A DNA stretch of 28,526 nucleotides. Source: an uncultured Verrucomicrobiae bacterium (lineage in GTDB: Bacteria > Chlamydiota > Chlamydiia > Chlamydiales > Rhabdochlamydiaceae). The notes below the pieces were generated by a model. That model saw only the letters and a program-made list of their open reading frames with translations, had not been told where the DNA came from and searched no databases. Where the stretch lies: contig CAWEXY010000004.1 in NCBI GenBank assembly GCA_963813135.1, positions 1 through 28,526 of the forward strand. Direction: 5' to 3'. The translations under genes and the position numbers were made by a program. Below are positions 25,284-28,526 of the stretch, piece after piece; position 1 is the first letter of the stretch, and each line of letters begins with the position of its first letter.

Positions 25284-26667
25284 CTAGTCCGTAGACATCT
25301 TCGAGCCGTACGATATCGTCTTCGCCGACATATTCCCCTACTTGCACTTCCATCATTTCGAGCGGCACTTTTCCGGGATTTTCCAATCGGTGCACGGTCG
25401 ATTTAGGAACGTAAATACTTTCATTCTCATGGAGGTAATAATACTTCTCGCCGATGCGGACGCGCGCGGTTCCCTTGACCACAACCCAGTGTTCGCTGCG
25501 GTGATAGTGGAATTGGAGGCTCAATTTTTGGTGCGGCTCGACACGGATCCGTTTCACCTTGAACCTTTCGCCCTCTTCCAACACCGTATAAGATCCCCAA
25601 GGCCGATACGTCGTGCGATGCTCGACAGCCTGTTTCATTCCCTTTTTGGTGAGCTCGTCTACAAGGGCTTTCACTTGCTGGGACTCGCCCTTTTTACCGA
25701 TGAACAGCGCATCCTCTGTCTCTACGATGTGCAGGTCGTCAAGCCCTATCGTCGAAATCAATCGTTTGCCTCCAACGATCAAACAATTGGTGGTGCCCAT
25801 ATCGACGATATTGCCGATTTTGGCGTTTTGATTTTCATCCTTCTCCAGTACTTCATAGAGGCTATCCCAAGAGCCGACATCGGACCAGGTCAGTTGAAGA
25901 GGAACAACGGAGACATTTTGCGCTTTTTCCATAACAGCGTAATCGAAGGAAATATGAGGAATGGAGGCGAACGATTCCTTGAGAGCGCTTAAAGAGGCAT
26001 TGCACTGAGGAGAAAATATAGGGGCGTGTCTTTGGAGCTCGTTCCACAATCTTGCGGATGTGAAGGCGAAAATCCCGCAATTCCATAGATATCCTCCATC
26101 TCCGGCATATTCTTCGGCTTTTGCAAGGCCGGGTTTTTCAATGAATGACAGAACAGTCTTCACCTCTGTTTTTTCGTCTTTATTAACGCGGATATATCCA
26201 TATCCGGTCTCGGGTTTAGTCGGCTGGACGCCAAAGACGACGATCTGTCCTTTTTTTACCGCTTTTTCTGCGGTTTCGACGGCCTCTAAAAATTTAGCTT
26301 CGGGAGAAATCCAATTGTCGGAAGAAACGACCAAGATGGCTTCGCCCTCTTCGAGTTGTTCAATATCTTGCAAATACTTAACAGCCAACGCAATAGCCGG
26401 CGCGGTGCCGCGCTGGCATGGTTCAATCAGAATATTCCCCTGATAGCCGCCCTCGATCTCTTGGAGCTGGCTGAGCACAAGGTGTTGATAATCGCTGCTT
26501 GTGACGATGGTCATGGACTTGGTCGAGGCCAGCGGCAAGAATCTGCAAACGGTGCGTTGCAATAAAGAGAGCTCGTCTCCAATTTTTAAAAATTGCTTGG
26601 GGAAGGCAGCTCGGGACATGGGCCACAGGCGGGTTCCTTTACCGCCGGCTAATATGACGATTTTCAT
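25255..26667 (-). CDS. manC: Mannose-1-phosphate guanylyltransferase / mannose-6-phosphate isomerase
   Basis: Motifs ILAGGKGTRLWPMSR..PKQF, ETGYGYI, FIEKP, SFDYAVME and WSDVGSW; cupin part RPWG...HYHRSEHW. Confidence 0.96.
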   Translation of the reverse strand: MKIVILAGGKGTRLWPMSRAAFPKQFLKIGDELSLLQRTVCRFLPLASTKSMTIVTSSDYQHLVLSQLQEIEGGYQGNILIEPCQRGTAPAIALAVKYLQDIEQLEEGEAILVVSSDNWISPEAKFLEAVETAEKAVKKGQIVVFGVQPTKPETGYGYIRVNKDEKTEVKTVLSFIEKPGLAKAEEYAGDGGYLWNCGIFAFTSARLWNELQRHAPIFSPQCNASLSALKESFASIPHISFDYAVMEKAQNVSVVPLQLTWSDVGSWDSLYEVLEKDENQNAKIGNIVDMGTTNCLIVGGKRLISTIGLDDLHIVETEDALFIGKKGESQQVKALVDELTKKGMKQAVEHRTTYRPWGSYTVLEEGERFKVKRIRVEPHQKLSLQFHYHRSEHWVVVKGTARVRIGEKYYYLHENESIYVPKSTVHRLENPGKVPLEMMEVQVGEYVGEDDIVRLEDVYGLVEEQSTTTA

Positions 26668-27753
26668 TAAATTCCTCCCATTTACTTTTTACGAAAGACT
26701 CAAACTCCCTATTAAATCGATCCAGGCTATATTTTTCTGCATTTTTTTGGATGCGCGCAGGATCGAATTCAATGTTTTCAAAACGTTGGACGGCCGCCAA
26801 AATCGCTTCGGGAGTTTGTTCATCGAAGAAGATCCCCGTCTCATTTTCGATCACGGTTTCAAGAGCGCCTCCTTTTCCATAAGCAATGACGGGCGTGCCT
26901 GCGGCCTGCGCTTCGACGGGAACGATGCCGAAGTCTTCTTCGGCGGCAAAGACGAGGGCTTTGGCGCGGCTCATATAGCTTCTCATTTCCTCATCGGACA
27001 CATGTCCTAAAATTTCGACGTTGGAGGCGGCCCTTTTTTGATCCTGTCCATTTCCGGACCATCTCCAATGAGCAATAATCGGCGCTCGGGAAGCCGGGAA
27101 AACGCTTCGACGATGAGGTCCATTCTTTTATAGGGCACCAGGCGGGACGCCGCTAAATAAAATTCCTCTTTTTTCGATTCCAAGGGAAATAGATGGGTCG
27201 CGACAGGAGGATAAATGACGACGGCCTCCCTTCCATAATTTCTCCGGATGCGCCGCGCCACATGATGAGAATTGGCGATGAAATGATCGACTCTTGGGAC
27301 GCTGGCAACATCCCATTGCCTTATTTTATATAAAATCCTTTTGGCCAAGAACCCCGAAAAATTTCCAAGTTCGCGCATATATTGATGGTGCAGGTCCCAG
27401 GCGTACCGCATAGGAGAATGGCAATAACAAATATGCAATTGGTCGGCATGTGTCAATATGCCTTTGGCCACGGCATGAGAACTAGAAAGGACGAGATCGT
27501 ATTCTTTTAGTTCAAATTGCTCGATCGCATAGGAGAAAAAAGGGAGAAGATTGCGGTAAAATTTTTGCGAAAAAGGGATGTTTTGGATGAAGGAGGTTTC
27601 GACGACGGCATTTTTTCCCAATAGGCTTTCTACCGTCACACGATTTTTTATAAGAGTAAAAATAGGAGAAGGAAAAATCGCAGCGATGGCTTGCAGAACT
27701 TTTTCGGCGCCCCCGATCGAAGTCAGCCAATCATGAATAATTGCCGTTTTCAC
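26639..27753 (-). pseudogene. GT4 glycosyltransferase (WbaZ-like mannosyltransferase) split by a 1-nt frameshift in an A6 run (may be a sequencing error)
   Basis: GTG at 27753 starts VKTAIIHDWL...GGAE, followed by YCHSPMRYAWD and SRLVPYKR. Adding one A at 27034-27039 gives IKKRAASNVEILGHVSDEE, continuing to EEDFGIVPVEAQAAG. Confidence 0.85.
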
Positions 27754-28526
27754 AAAAGTTTCTCTATAACTTCGAGATGTTTTTGAGCCGAAATATCCCA
27801 ATTAAAGATCTCAACACGTTTTCTTCCTTTCGCTCGCAGCGTCCCTTGCAGCTCAGGATCGGACCAGACGGCATTAATGCCTCGAGCGATGCTCGCAGGG
27901 TCGCTCGGATCGACGTAAACAGAAGCGTCGCCGCATACTTCGGGAAGGCTCGCCGCATCGGAGACGACCGTCGGACAATCAGCGCTCATCGCTTCTAAAG
28001 GAGTGAGCCCAAATCCTTCATATTGGGAAGGATGGACGAGAAGAGCCGCCCGGCGATAAAGCTGCGCGAGTGCATCATGACTGACTTGGCCCAGCACTGA
28101 AACTTTCTCCTTGCGTTTTGCCGCTTCGAGCTTCCAATCATCCCACTTATCGCCTTTTCCTACGAGAACTAGATGAACGTCGGCCGGCAAAAAATCGAGG
28201 GCTTGGAGCAGGCCGCAGATATTCTTTCGCGGAGCTAAATTTCCTACATATAGTAGGAATTTTTCAGGAATCTGCGGCAAATCAACAACGGAGGTGTTTT
28301 TATATTTATCAGGATCGACGCCGAGGTGGATCATGGTCATTTTGTGCGCGTAGGGCCCGGCATGTTTAAGAATTTCTTGGAACGAAAAAGTCGACTCGGT
28401 GATGACGCGGTCCGACCGCCGCAAGGCTGCAGGGATAAAATAGGCCGCATAAGCTCTCTTATACAGAGGAAACTCCTGCGGATGGGCCAGAAAATAAACG
28501 TCATGGATTGTAACGAGCCGTTTTCG
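27750..28526 (-). CDS. GT4 glycosyltransferase, 5'-truncated by the window edge
   Basis: Frame is open to 28526 (RKRLVTIHDVYF...), followed by YVGNLAPRKN and PSQYEGFGLTPLEAM (EX7E). Confidence 0.92.
   Translation of the reverse strand, partial: RKRLVTIHDVYFLAHPQEFPLYKRAYAAYFIPAALRRSDRVITESTFSFQEILKHAGPYAHKMTMIHLGVDPDKYKNTSVVDLPQIPEKFLLYVGNLAPRKNICGLLQALDFLPADVHLVLVGKGDKWDDWKLEAAKRKEKVSVLGQVSHDALAQLYRRAALLVHPSQYEGFGLTPLEAMSADCPTVVSDAASLPEVCGDASVYVDPSDPASIARGINAVWSDPELQGTLRAKGRKRVEIFNWDISAQKHLEVIEKLL

Noticed and set aside
25342..25992. 216-aa ORF antisense to manC
   Set aside because: Lies fully within manC on the opposite strand; no protein-like motifs.
26501..27010. 169-aa + strand ORF
   Set aside because: Antisense to manC and the GT4 C-terminal half; shadow ORF.
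1..28526. CRISPR arrays, tRNA/rRNA genes, IS elements, integrases, defence systems
   Set aside because: None recognised; intergenic spaces are short and the methyltransferases lack DNA-methyltransferase motifs such as DPPY/NPPY or PC.

Overview
A gene-dense bacterial window, most likely from an environmental member of the phylum Chlamydiae, as indicated by the TopA-SWIB fusion. It is almost entirely devoted to surface-glycan synthesis and decoration. The left part (1-15955, visibly more AT-rich) holds three FkbM-family methyltransferases (two disrupted), an NDP-sugar C-methyltransferase, and a wzm-wzt-fcl-like-GT4-GT4 operon. It also holds two paralogous unnamed GT-B-like proteins, a GT90/CAP10 enzyme, an O-methyltransferase::GT11-like fusion facing a stand-alone paralog of its methyltransferase domain, and two more SAM-dependent methyltransferases. 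The middle part is a tightly coupled GT2-GT32-GT32-HExxH-rhomboid operon divergent from topA. The right part is a GT4-GT4-manC-O-antigen ligase/polymerase-like operon. The most notable observations are: (i) many SAM- and NDP-sugar-dependent enzymes carry N-terminal export signals; (ii) a perfect in-frame 30-bp inverted repeat could swap which methyltransferase is fused to the GT11-like domain; (iii) C-terminally anchored GT32 enzymes are co-operonic with a rhomboid; (iv) the genes fit a virenose-like branched-sugar pathway with an Fcl homolog lacking its catalytic Cys; (v) a palindromic element sits in frame inside a signal peptide. Several single-base indels may be sequencing errors. All family calls come from motif recognition by eye; no database searches were run.
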